Virus record (IMG/VR): IMGVR_UViG_3300030328_003511
Location: 1-61,991 of that record
Source of the DNA: a virus
Lineage: Duplodnaviria > Caudoviricetes
Length of the DNA stretch: 61,991 nucleotides
Reading direction: 5' to 3' (one strand)
Shown: one piece after another, positions 1-7,704 of the stretch
How positions within the stretch are numbered: the stretch's first letter is position 1
Layout: every line of letters starts with the position of its first letter
The notes under the pieces: generated by a model
Told to the model about the DNA's origin: nothing
The model's database searches: none
What the model saw: only the letters and a program-made list of their open reading frames with translations
Translations under genes and position numbers: made by a program

Positions 1-100
1 AACAGCGCCCACAATTTCTATTTGATACCCTTTATATTTAAACGGAATCATATTTATTTAATCTCCAATTTGTAATTGGTTCTTAATTCGTTTGATTCAC
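1..100. repeat. Terminal direct repeat, copy 1 (circular closure)
   Basis: Identical to 61892-61991 except position 99 (a vs g). ORF 54..407 runs directly into the start of ORF 61736..61942 across the junction. Confidence 0.95.
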
Positions 101-407
101 CGCCTATTAGATATTGTCTATACAATTCCGGGTTCTCTTCCTTGAATTTAGTTATATCAAATCTAGTAGTTTTTTTATTTAATAACTGAATCGATCCAAT
201 ATAAACGCCCTTCTTACCAATTGTTTTTTGGTGTTTAAATTGAAAGTAGTTATCGTTATTTTCACAATATTCAACTAATTCTGGTTTTAATAATTTGTTA
301 ACCTTCGAATAGTTTTTTATTGTGTCTGAAAATTGACTGTAGACTAATGCCTTATAGTCAATTTTTTTGCTGTTAACATCTGACAGCATTTGTTTAAGTG
401 TTTTCAT
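54..407 (-). CDS. Hypothetical phage protein
   Basis: Strong RBS (AAGGAGG). C-terminal RFDITKFKEENPELY motif resembles YqaJ-associated C-terminal segments. Confidence 0.7.
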   Translation of the reverse strand: MKTLKQMLSDVNSKKIDYKALVYSQFSDTIKNYSKVNKLLKPELVEYCENNDNYFQFKHQKTIGKKGVYIGSIQLLNKKTTRFDITKFKEENPELYRQYLIGGESNELRTNYKLEIK

Positions 408-510
408 AATTAAACCTCCTTTGTTAGTTTGTTTTTTTATTTAACACTATCTCATTAATATAAAATTTAATAAGATACGTCAAGAAGATTCGAAAAAAAA
501 ATAAAAATAT

Positions 511-538
511 TTACAGCCTACAACCGTAGGCTGTAAAT
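511..538. terminator. Hairpin, probable intrinsic terminator
   Basis: Inverted repeat ttacagcctac-aacc-gtaggctgtaa, followed on the minus strand by T-rich sequence. Confidence 0.55.
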
Positions 539-553
539 TAGAATCATTCTAAA
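537..553. promoter_or_regulatory. Irr/ICE-like palindrome, one mismatch
   Basis: ATTAGAA-TCA-TTCTAAA versus ICE consensus TTTAGAA-N3-TTCTAAA. Confidence 0.5.
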
Positions 554-644
554 CAGCCGTGAAAATTACTATTAAAATGATTAATACTGTTACTGGATAG
601 AAAACTACCGCCCGAATAAAAAAAGCCAGTAATATATCTATCAT
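549..644 (-). CDS. Small hydrophobic peptide (31 aa), paralogue of 5898..5996
   Basis: Manual translation MIDILLAFFIRAVVFYPVTVLIILIVIFTAV; ATG overlaps the stop of 641..1327. Confidence 0.7.
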   Translation of the reverse strand: MIDILLAFFIRAVVFYPVTVLIILIVIFTAV

Positions 645-1327
645 GCAGCAGCCTTAATAAATCGATTGTTTATGTTACGTCCTAAGCCCTTAGCAATGAG
701 ACCGACTATAACACCCGCTGGATCTTTAAAGCGCAGGTCGTGTTTATCTCCATTAATCACTTTTTTTTGCATCCAGATTCGAGGTAACACGTCCTTGAAA
801 ACTACCGCAACATTAACAGATTTTTTTATAGCTTTTTTTATATCTGCTAAGTTACGGCCCGAGTCTGAAAACGTCTGATGGTAGTTCTCCAGATCATGAT
901 CTAAATAATTCAAAACTTTTGTATAATCGTAGAATTGAACGTCCTGGTGAATCTCCATCAGTGAGCCGCCGCCGTCTACTTTCATTCGATGGAATGGCAG
1001 GTCACTTGTCCCGTTTAAACGTACAGCAAATTTATAACCTTGATTCGCAGCCCGTTTTTTTAGTTGCTGGATCTCCAGGCTTAAATCATGTAAGAACCCG
1101 TTTTTATTGGTCCAGAAATATTTTGTTTTATTTATTCTGGCCTTCTGGACAGAGCCCATCTGGCCCCGTCCCGATGTATTTAAACAAGCTGCAGCGCATT
1201 CCGGAGAAGCTTTAGGACATACATTCTTGCCGCTTAGATCGAATGGCGCTAGATGCAAAATAGCTGTTTTAAACCCTAACGCTTCACCCTTAGCCATCTT
1301 AGTTTGAGAATAATAATTTAATAACAT
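641..1327 (-). CDS. GP88-like (mycobacteriophage gene 88 family) Cys-cluster protein, possibly Fe-S binding
   Basis: CPxxxxxCxxxC, RLNGTSD and FYDYTK motifs recalled for this family. Confidence 0.6.
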   Translation of the reverse strand: MLLNYYSQTKMAKGEALGFKTAILHLAPFDLSGKNVCPKASPECAAACLNTSGRGQMGSVQKARINKTKYFWTNKNGFLHDLSLEIQQLKKRAANQGYKFAVRLNGTSDLPFHRMKVDGGGSLMEIHQDVQFYDYTKVLNYLDHDLENYHQTFSDSGRNLADIKKAIKKSVNVAVVFKDVLPRIWMQKKVINGDKHDLRFKDPAGVIVGLIAKGLGRNINNRFIKAAA

Positions 1328-1557
1328 TATAGATCCTCCACTAATTTTTTTAATTTATCTAATTTATTTTCATAATCAAACGGAGCCCTTAAAAAATGAA
1401 ATAGATCCATATCACCTATTTTTATATATTCGCTCCGACTGTAACTATAGCGCTCCTGCTCAAGCATTTTTTCAATATCACACGGCGTTTTTTTGCCAGT
1501 AATTATTTTTATTATTTTTGCCAATTGAATTAGAGTCATGCCTTCACCTCCTCCCAT
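1327..1557 (-). CDS. Hypothetical protein (true start probably the Met near 1539)
   Basis: Coupled to neighbouring ORFs in the operon. Confidence 0.55.
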   Translation of the reverse strand: MGGGEGMTLIQLAKIIKIITGKKTPCDIEKMLEQERYSYSRSEYIKIGDMDLFHFLRAPFDYENKLDKLKKLVEDL

Positions 1558-1778
1558 CTGCCGGCTGCATTCTTAGCCAATTTTATATTGTGACTATAGA
1601 CGCTGCCCGCTTCACTGAATAAGCCCACCTCTGCCCCGTTTGAATGAATTAAAATTATTTTTTTAATTCCTTTACCCTGGACCGGTGATTCAAGTAGTTT
1701 ACCAGTAACCAGCAAGAACGGATGCAATTGATCGCTCTTAATTTCTTGGCCCTTCTTTAGATCTTTAAAGTTTATCAT
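1536..1778 (-). CDS. Hypothetical protein
   Basis: RBS AGGAAGG and an upstream sigma70-like promoter. Confidence 0.65.
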   Translation of the reverse strand: MINFKDLKKGQEIKSDQLHPFLLVTGKLLESPVQGKGIKKIILIHSNGAEVGLFSEAGSVYSHNIKLAKNAAGRWEEVKA

Positions 1779-1796
1779 TTTTTTTTCCTTCCTGTT

Positions 1797-1834
1797 ATCC
1801 CACGGTTATAAGATAAAGCTCTATAAGCTGTCAA
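1797..1834 (-). promoter_or_regulatory. Sigma70-like promoter with ATCYYAT-N4-RTRRGAT operator-like palindrome
   Basis: Minus strand TTGACA-N18-TATAAC; ATCTTAT-aacc-GTGGGAT overlaps the -10. Confidence 0.65.
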
Positions 1835-1870
1835 CTATTATTTTTAAATAATTCCAGGCCCTGGACTCAC

Positions 1871-1940
1871 GGCCCCCGGTTAGATTCAGTTAGATTCAGT
1901 TAGCCCCGGTTAGCTCCAGTTAGGCCCGGTTAGATCTAAG
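1871..1940. repeat. 10-bp tandem repeat, GTTAG six times at exact 10-bp period
   Basis: GTTAG at 1879, 1889, 1899, 1909, 1919 and 1929. Confidence 0.9.
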
Positions 1941-2147
1941 GACCAGAGAAAATGTTAATGTTAAGAATTAAAAAAAATCCCATATGAATAGTTAATGATA
2001 CACGCATATATAATGTGAATAACCGAAAAGAAAAAAATCCCATATGTAATGTTAATAATTGAAAAGAAAAATTTTGCCATATGTGAATTTAACTATTCAC
2101 TTTTTTTTCCATATTAAAGGTTAATGGTTCAATGTTAATGAAGCATG

Positions 2148-2178
2148 TTAATGACTATCCCATAGGGATAGTCATTAA
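2148..2178. repeat. Perfect inverted repeat, 14-bp arms and 3-nt loop
   Basis: ttaatgactatccc-ata-gggatagtcattaa. Confidence 0.9.
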
Positions 2179-2196
2179 GTCATGCGTGAGGCGAGG

Positions 2197-2559
2197 TTAT
2201 TGCGTCAAGATTTTAAATGCTTCAGTCAAGTTTAGGTTCTCACAAACTAGAACCAATTCTCTCGGTTCACGAACCACGAATAATTGTAGATTTTTGGAAG
2301 CCCTTTGCGAGAGGTCTTCTCGCAAGATAAAAGAAGTGCCTTTGTTTTGAAAATGTTTTAAATGCCAATTTATTTGGTACTTGGAAAGACCACAATTCTT
2401 GACATCATTAGACTTTAATTCTATCCAAATACTTTTACCATTTATCAAGTAAAATACATCTGGAATACCATTAATAGTGTTGCTTTCTATACGAAATATT
2501 TGACCTTTTAATTTTAATTTTTTAATCCTTTTCCATAAATTACTTTCATTTTTTTTCAT
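2197..2559 (-). CDS. VRR-NUC / Holliday junction resolvase-like PD-(D/E)XK nuclease
   Basis: N-terminal E, GIPD...WIELK and Q..W motifs. Confidence 0.75.
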   Translation of the reverse strand: MKKNESNLWKRIKKLKLKGQIFRIESNTINGIPDVFYLINGKSIWIELKSNDVKNCGLSKYQINWHLKHFQNKGTSFILREDLSQRASKNLQLFVVREPRELVLVCENLNLTEAFKILTQ

Positions 2560-2591
2560 TGTGTTATTCGGTCAATAACACAACAAAATTG

Positions 2592-2741
2592 TTAATTCAA
2601 TACTGACCTAAAGCAAAGGCAAGTTCCACTAATTCCTAACAAAAAACCGATAGCCAAATCGCCAGAAAAAAGAATTACAATACCAGAAATTGCTATTATA
2701 AAACTAGTTAATACAATAAATAAATGTAAAGCAAAATCCAT
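2592..2741 (-). CDS. Small membrane protein, 49 aa, two hydrophobic segments
   Basis: Manual translation MDFALHLFIVLTSFIIAISGIVILFSGDLAIGFLLGISGTCLCFRSVLN. Confidence 0.6.
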   Translation of the reverse strand: MDFALHLFIVLTSFIIAISGIVILFSGDLAIGFLLGISGTCLCFRSVLN

Positions 2742-2743
2742 AC

Positions 2744-3040
2744 TTAATGATTTTGAGTTATAAATCTTGTTGTATTGGGTATAGATATATAAGTTGTTGC
2801 GCTTTGAATATCTTCAATAGAATTAATAGAAGAATAATTTTTTTTATATTCTTCTAGATTTTCATATTCAGAAAAATCACCACATAAGGCAATTACATCT
2901 AGTTCTATTTCTTGTCCTGTATCTTGCTCTAAATCTTCTAAATGATTATACAAAGCAGTCAGTCCTTCATAAGTAAAATTATCTGGTCTTAACTTTATAA
3001 ATGCGTTTCTAAAATCATATTCATTAATTGATTGTTTCAT
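2744..3040 (-). CDS. Conserved hypothetical phage protein
   Basis: NFTYEGLTALY...ELDVIALC pattern; coupled ORF. Confidence 0.7.
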   Translation of the reverse strand: MKQSINEYDFRNAFIKLRPDNFTYEGLTALYNHLEDLEQDTGQEIELDVIALCGDFSEYENLEEYKKNYSSINSIEDIQSATTYISIPNTTRFITQNH

Positions 3041-3249
3041 TTTAAATAATCCTTGTTAATAATAAATTGTTTTATCAATTTTAAGTAAGTTGGGTTTTGA
3101 GTTCTTAAAATTGCTCTAAAGATTGTTGACTGTTCTTCTATGTTTTCCAAATCATAAAAAAGTTTGTCAATATCGTTTACTAAATCCATTTTCTTTAAAA
3201 GTGTTTTAGTAAAAACATTTTTTTGTGTGTTTGTTTCTTGCGTTCCCAT
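3037..3249 (-). CDS. Hypothetical protein
   Basis: RBS leader ACAGAAAGG and upstream promoter. Confidence 0.65.
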   Translation of the reverse strand: MGTQETNTQKNVFTKTLLKKMDLVNDIDKLFYDLENIEEQSTIFRAILRTQNPTYLKLIKQFIINKDYLK

Positions 3250-3268
3250 TTTTTCCTTTCTGTTGATA

Positions 3269-3302
3269 ATGGGATATTATGGGAGATATAAAAAAATGTC
3301 AA
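3269..3302 (-). promoter_or_regulatory. Sigma70-like promoter with TCCCAT direct repeats
   Basis: Minus strand TTGACA-N17-TAATAT with two TCCCAT copies 10 bp apart. Confidence 0.65.
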
Positions 3303-3311
3303 TTAAATTAG

Positions 3312-3328
3312 TTTAGAATGGTTCTAAA
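3312..3328. promoter_or_regulatory. Perfect Irr/ICE-like box
   Basis: TTTAGAA-TGG-TTCTAAA, just upstream of a TTGACA -35. Confidence 0.6.
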
Positions 3329-3361
3329 AAAAGAGGGCTTCCACTCTCGCTTCCACCCTCT
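3326..3361 (-). terminator. Terminator-like hairpin with GGAA/GGAA internal loop and GAGA tetraloop
   Basis: Minus strand AGAGGGT-GGAA-GC-GAGA-GT-GGAA-GCCCTCT followed by a T run. Confidence 0.6.
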
Positions 3362-3425
3362 AATTTAGCAGTCCTTTAGCTTTCCTTTATATACTAGCTT
3401 CAAGGAAATACAGGTTCTAGCTTAC

Positions 3426-3797
3426 CTATTCTTCGTCAAGAATTTTGTTAAGTGCTTTTGCAATCTCATTAGCATATGCGCTATCGCATGCAAACGCAAT
3501 ATCCTCTATTTTGCCATTTTGCATATCTCTTTTTACAATATGCCCTTCAGTAAAAAATATATTTTCTTCATCATCTTCATCATCTTCATCTTTAGCTTCT
3601 ATTTCTTCTAAAGAATATTCATTATCATGCCCACACTCTACATTATAATCTTCTTCCCAATCATTGTTTCCTTCATTTTCTACAATTTCTTGGGCTTCAT
3701 CTTCATCTTTAGCTTCTATTATTTTTGTTTTAACTAAAGTTCCCGAAGTTATATCTTCTATTATTTTTGCTTTGTATTTTTTCATTCTTCCTCCCAT
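3426..3797 (-). CDS. Acidic hypothetical protein with DpnD/PcfM-like N-terminus
   Basis: MKKYK...IEAKDEDEA pattern; internal duplication of IEAKDED. Confidence 0.55.
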   Translation of the reverse strand: MGGRMKKYKAKIIEDITSGTLVKTKIIEAKDEDEAQEIVENEGNNDWEEDYNVECGHDNEYSLEEIEAKDEDDEDDEENIFFTEGHIVKRDMQNGKIEDIAFACDSAYANEIAKALNKILDEE

Positions 3798-3967
3798 ACA
3801 TCATCAATTACAAAGCCACTATCATCATTTGAATTTTGCAATTCGTCCCAATGTGAAATTCCTATTTTTTCTGCTTTTTTAATTGCATCTTTACTATCTT
3901 CAGCTTGTACATTTATTTGATACTGTTCGTAAACTGTAAAGCCACCTATAACTTTGTATGTTTTCAT
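3782..3967 (-). CDS. Small acidic DpnD/PcfM-like protein
   Basis: MKTYKV...VQAEDSKDA pattern. Confidence 0.55.
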   Translation of the reverse strand: MKTYKVIGGFTVYEQYQINVQAEDSKDAIKKAEKIGISHWDELQNSNDDSGFVIDDVWEEE

Positions 3968-4005
3968 ATTATCCCTTCAGTAAAAAATATATTTTCTTCG
4001 TCCAT

Positions 4006-4275
4006 TTATTCCTCCCTATGTTTTTCGCAATCATCACACCAATAGTTGCCATTTTCAGATTGATAGCTTTCACCTTGATATTTATTATTTTTGTCAACCC
4101 AAACTAGCCATTGTAAATTATCGCTTTTGCATTTATTACATTTAATATCTTTATTAACCTCTTTCTTTTTAATGATTATTTTTTCTAGTTCTGAAATAAA
4201 ACCAGAATATTCGGAAGTCATATCCTCGCCATATACTTTGTTCCAAGCGTCCATTATTTCTTTAATTGTCAACAT
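4006..4275 (-). CDS. Hypothetical protein with zinc ribbon
   Basis: CNKC and WCDDC motifs; RBS GAGG precedes the internal Met at 4275. Confidence 0.6.
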   Translation of the reverse strand: MLTIKEIMDAWNKVYGEDMTSEYSGFISELEKIIIKKKEVNKDIKCNKCKSDNLQWLVWVDKNNKYQGESYQSENGNYWCDDCEKHREE

Positions 4276-4420
4276 TATTCCCTCTCGCTTGTTTATTTTC
4301 TTTTTCTGCATCTATATGGTCGTAATCAATAATTTCATAATTAAGTTTATTATGAAATTCTTTTGGAATTACAACGTCAGTACAAACTCCACCCTCTATA
4401 TATACTTTAATTGTTTTCAT
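4262..4420 (-). CDS. Hypothetical protein, 52 aa
   Basis: Manual translation MKTIKVYIEGGVCTDVVIPKEF...; fills the gap in the operon. Confidence 0.6.
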   Translation of the reverse strand: MKTIKVYIEGGVCTDVVIPKEFHNKLNYEIIDYDHIDAEKENKQARGNNVDN

Positions 4421-4436
4421 ATTATTTCTTGCTTTA

Positions 4437-4469
4437 TTAAAGGTGTTGTGCAGAACACAACACCTTTAA
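4437..4469. terminator. Stem-loop downstream of 4476..5021
   Basis: ttaaaggtgttgtg-cagaa-cacaacacctttaa. Confidence 0.55.
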
Positions 4470-4475
4470 ATAAGA

Positions 4476-5021
4476 TTATTTTTTATAACCTAAAGATTTG
4501 AAACTATTCCATTGAATACCAACATATCCCAACATTTCATTCAGTTGTTTAGTTAGTTCGCCTTGTGTTGAAGCTTCCATTATTAAATCATCACAAGCTT
4601 CTTCAAGAGTTTCAAGTTTATTAAGTTTTTTGCCTTGTTCAGTTTTAGCTACCTCTCTTTCAGCAAACTTCTCACTCCACTCTCTCATTTGTTCACGACA
4701 TTTTTCAGAAGTAATTTTTTTACTTTCGCCATTTCTAAATTCATAATTTAATGAATCTCTATATGCTACATTACTCCTACTATGTTTTTTAAAAAAGCTA
4801 GTAGCTGACCTAACTGCGTTGTCATGCTCTAGTTCTGCTTTAGCTAATTGGTCTATAACTTTATCAGCACCAATTTTTTTTGACAAAGCTACATATCCTT
4901 TTTGCGCCATGTCAGAAACTAAAGACTTCAACATTAATTTTTCATCTTCAATTAATGGGTTTAGTTTTTTTCTTACTTTTTGTCTTAAATGGTCTTGCGT
5001 TCTTACTTGTACTCCACTCAT
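4476..5021 (-). CDS. Hypothetical helical or coiled-coil protein
   Basis: 181 aa ORF with RBS leader ACAGAAAGG. Confidence 0.75.
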   Translation of the reverse strand: MSGVQVRTQDHLRQKVRKKLNPLIEDEKLMLKSLVSDMAQKGYVALSKKIGADKVIDQLAKAELEHDNAVRSATSFFKKHSRSNVAYRDSLNYEFRNGESKKITSEKCREQMREWSEKFAEREVAKTEQGKKLNKLETLEEACDDLIMEASTQGELTKQLNEMLGYVGIQWNSFKSLGYKK

Positions 5022-5222
5022 AACTACCTTTCTGTTGTTAGTTTTAAAGTGTATGTTTTATGTGAGGAAAAACATACAAAAACCCAAATTTCATTTTAAG
5101 GTTTGAAATTCAAACTTACCTAATTATTTTTATATTACCCTTGACTAGCCACCACTATTACAGATGGACATTACAATCTAAAGCAGTTCTTTGGACATCT
5201 TAAAAAACAATTAAAAATTCTT

Positions 5223-5819
5223 TTAGCCAATAGTGAACCCTCCACTATTTTTACAAAAATCAGCAAACTCTTTTACATTTTCTACTGAAAAAGGATAACT
5301 TGCGTCAGAATTTCTTTTTTTATAAATTCTATCCCATGTTTTTTTGTCATCTATTGGAAAATCGCATGGTGCAAGATTTTTCTTCTTCATTTTCTTGCAT
5401 ACTCTTTTAGAAAAAAGAGATAATTCTTTTTCAACTTTGTCGTTCTGAAGCTCTAAAGTCTTTCTTCTTGCTTCATAGGTTGCTTCAAATCGTTTAGTAT
5501 GACCTTTTTTTATTAGCGCATTTAATTGATTAGCAATTTGTGTAGCATGTTCTTCATCAACTATATATTCATCATTATACGACCAATTTTTTTTATCTTT
5601 TTCATCAATAACTTTCGTATGTTCTAATACATAGAAAGCTAAAGGTCGCCACCACCAAACATTATTTCTAAAATAAGTACCAGATTGAGAAGTATATTTT
5701 TCTCTTTCTTCAAAATATTTTTCTACTTCTTCTTTTGATAAGTCGTGTAATCTATCTGGTCTTTCTGGTGCTTGCACTTTTATATTTTTTGGGTTTAGCC
5801 CTGTTAAATCAAATCCCAT
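5223..5819 (-). CDS. Conserved hypothetical phage protein
   Basis: MGFD...YFRNNVWWWRPL...F..FC..SGGF pattern; RBS leader. Confidence 0.8.
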   Translation of the reverse strand: MGFDLTGLNPKNIKVQAPERPDRLHDLSKEEVEKYFEEREKYTSQSGTYFRNNVWWWRPLAFYVLEHTKVIDEKDKKNWSYNDEYIVDEEHATQIANQLNALIKKGHTKRFEATYEARRKTLELQNDKVEKELSLFSKRVCKKMKKKNLAPCDFPIDDKKTWDRIYKKRNSDASYPFSVENVKEFADFCKNSGGFTIG

Positions 5820-5849
5820 AATTACCTTTCTGTTAGTTAATTAATAATT

Positions 5850-5883
5850 ATCCCATGAATATAGGATAAAATAGTAATGTCAA
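5850..5883 (-). promoter_or_regulatory. Promoter with operator-like palindrome
   Basis: Minus strand TTGACA followed by ATCCTAT-attc-ATGGGAT. Confidence 0.6.
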
Positions 5884-5897
5884 GTATAAAAAGTAAT

Positions 5898-5996
5898 TTA
5901 TTTGAAAATAAAATAGACCAATAAAGCTAATAAAATAAGGGTTGGAACAGGGTAAAATACTAATAATCTAATAAAAAGAGCAAAAATTGTTTCCAT
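5898..5996 (-). CDS. Small hydrophobic peptide (32 aa), paralogue of 549..644
   Basis: Manual translation METIFALFIRLLVFYPVPTLILLALLVYFIFK. Confidence 0.7.
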   Translation of the reverse strand: METIFALFIRLLVFYPVPTLILLALLVYFIFK

Positions 5997-6170
5997 AGTG
6001 TAAGTAGGAATAAGGATAATTTTTTAAAAATCAAGAAGTAAATTTTTTTATTTTTGAATAGATAAAAGACCATAGCACTACCAACAAAAAAGCAATCAAC
6101 ATTAACCCAATAAAGAAAAAATAAATAATATTAAAGAAGGCAGTTTCAAGAAAAGTAAATATTTTTTTTA

Positions 6171-6497
6171 TCAAATTTTCTTAATTTCTTTTATTACTGA
6201 ATTAGGAATAATTGTAGAATTTCCAATAGTTTCAATTCTTTTTTTATCTTCGGATAAAGAATAATCGCCAAATATTCTAGTAATACCTTTAGATTGAGAT
6301 AATAAATGTCCTTTAGTAATACAGGTTGCTAAAGTGCTATTTTTTATTTGTTCAAAACTACTCCATGAGCTATCACTAACAATATCAAACCACTCAACAG
6401 AAACCATAGGATATTTTTCTATCTCATTATAAATTTTTTTTGGGATAGAAATTTTTTTATTTTTTTTAAAATTTTTTTTTAATCTATTTTTTCTCAT
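6171..6497 (-). CDS. Conserved hypothetical phage protein
   Basis: VEWFDI.SDSSW...G...IP pattern. Confidence 0.7.
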   Translation of the reverse strand: MRKNRLKKNFKKNKKISIPKKIYNEIEKYPMVSVEWFDIVSDSSWSSFEQIKNSTLATCITKGHLLSQSKGITRIFGDYSLSEDKKRIETIGNSTIIPNSVIKEIKKI

Positions 6498-6503
6498 TCA
6501 AAT

Positions 6504-6599
6504 ATTCCCATAAAGATAGTCAGCTATTCATTTTATTTCCCATATGGATAGTCACCTGTTCATTTTATTTCCCATATGGATAGTCACCTATTCATTTTT
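6504..6599. repeat. Three tandem 32-bp repeats
   Basis: Unit tttcccatatggatagtcacctrttcatttta; CCC at 6507, 6539 and 6571. Confidence 0.9.
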
Positions 6600-6687
6600 A
6601 TTTGTTGTTAACACAGAAACAATGCCGATTGAAGTATTTAAATGGCTGTTGTGAACCTCATTAAAAACAGTCATCCAATTATCTGTT

Positions 6688-7227
6688 CTAAGTAATTTCT
6701 TTTGGCGTAACGTCAATGATGTTTTTGGCTTCTCCGATTTTACCTTCAAGTTCGGATAACCTCTTTTCAAGTTGCTCACGACTCATTCCCTCCAATCCAA
6801 CATGTGTAACTTCTTTCTTATCTACAAACATACCGGCCATTTGACCAGATCTATATTCAGCATTTACTGCTACTGAAAATTGTTTTTTGTCTTCTGCTTT
6901 CTTACTTAATGTTTCAAATCTTTTATATTTTTTTAATTTATCACCTTCATGTTTTTTTAACTCTTGGTTATACTTCATTTCCATATAACGCACTACATGA
7001 GGGTTCTTGTTAGGATCGGTTAATCTGCTCGCAATCTCTGTCGGGCCCTCTGGTTTATTAGATTGATACCCGGCTCTCTTTGCTGCTTCAACTTTACTTA
7101 TCTCTCCCCAATTACTTACATATATATCTACAAACGCTTTTTGTTTCAGCGTTAATTCAGAAGTAGATTTTAATACATTTTTTCTTTTGGGCATTCTTGA
7201 CCGGATACTATCATAATTTTTTCCCAA
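6688..7227 (-). CDS. terS: Terminase small subunit (probable start MPKRK near 7194)
   Basis: LTLKQKAFV..Y...EAAKRAGY HTH signature and C-terminal GMFVDKKEV. Confidence 0.7.
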   Translation of the reverse strand: MGKNYDSIRSRMPKRKNVLKSTSELTLKQKAFVDIYVSNWGEISKVEAAKRAGYQSNKPEGPTEIASRLTDPNKNPHVVRYMEMKYNQELKKHEGDKLKKYKRFETLSKKAEDKKQFSVAVNAEYRSGQMAGMFVDKKEVTHVGLEGMSREQLEKRLSELEGKIGEAKNIIDVTPKEIT

Positions 7228-7452
7228 TACACTTCCTTACAAACAATTTTTTATAAAAATTTAAGCACAAAATGCCTCCTCTGTATCTTATTTCTGTCAT
7301 ATTCCTAAAACTGTCTAGGAATTTCCCAGTGTTTTCCCAGTGTAAAATGCTCTAGAAGTATTGATTTAATTAGGATTTTCCTAGTTTCCTAGAAAAAAGT
7401 CTGTTTTAAAAAAAAAAAAATAAAATGTTTGTAAGAAACAGTATTGGGAAAA
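7219..7452. repeat. Long-range imperfect inverted repeat enclosing TTTCCYAG repeats
   Basis: ttttcccaatac...cttacaaaca pairs with tgtttgtaag...gtattgggaaaa; four inner TTTCC(C/T)AG copies. Confidence 0.7.
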
Positions 7453-7584
7453 TGAACCGGGAGCCGTGGGACGTGGTTCCTGTACCCACTATAATTATCG
7501 AAAAAAAATTTTTCGCTTTCTAAGAATCAACGGTCACGAACCACGAGGTTTGACAAAGGGTATTCAATAACGTAATACTGAAGT

Positions 7585-7666
7585 AAGCAAAAATTTTCAT
7601 TTTTGCCTCTTTGTTAGTTATCTAGGTCATTATCTTTTTTTAAAATTGTTTCAATAATGGCCTAGA
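7585..7666 (+). ncRNA. Candidate small RNA 1 (hairpin, anti-SD linker, hairpin)
   Basis: TTGACA(7550)-N17-TAATAC upstream; two stem-loops; linker cctctttgttagtt. Confidence 0.4.
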
Positions 7667-7704
7667 AATACTTCTTGTAATTTCTGAAAATACGTATATC
7701 TATA

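Noticed and set aside
1-100. Biological direct terminal repeat
   Set aside because: A 100-bp overlap cutting through coding sequence is what assembler circularisation produces, so it does not show the physical ends. The single mismatch is at the contig edge.
1871-1940. Mini-CRISPR array
   Set aside because: A 5-bp constant part with 5-bp spacers is far too short.
5100-5220. tRNA or riboswitch in the intergenic gap
   Set aside because: No cloverleaf, T-loop or recognisable riboswitch consensus.
6504-6599. CRISPR array
   Set aside because: Units are contiguous with no unique spacers, and no cas operon is present.
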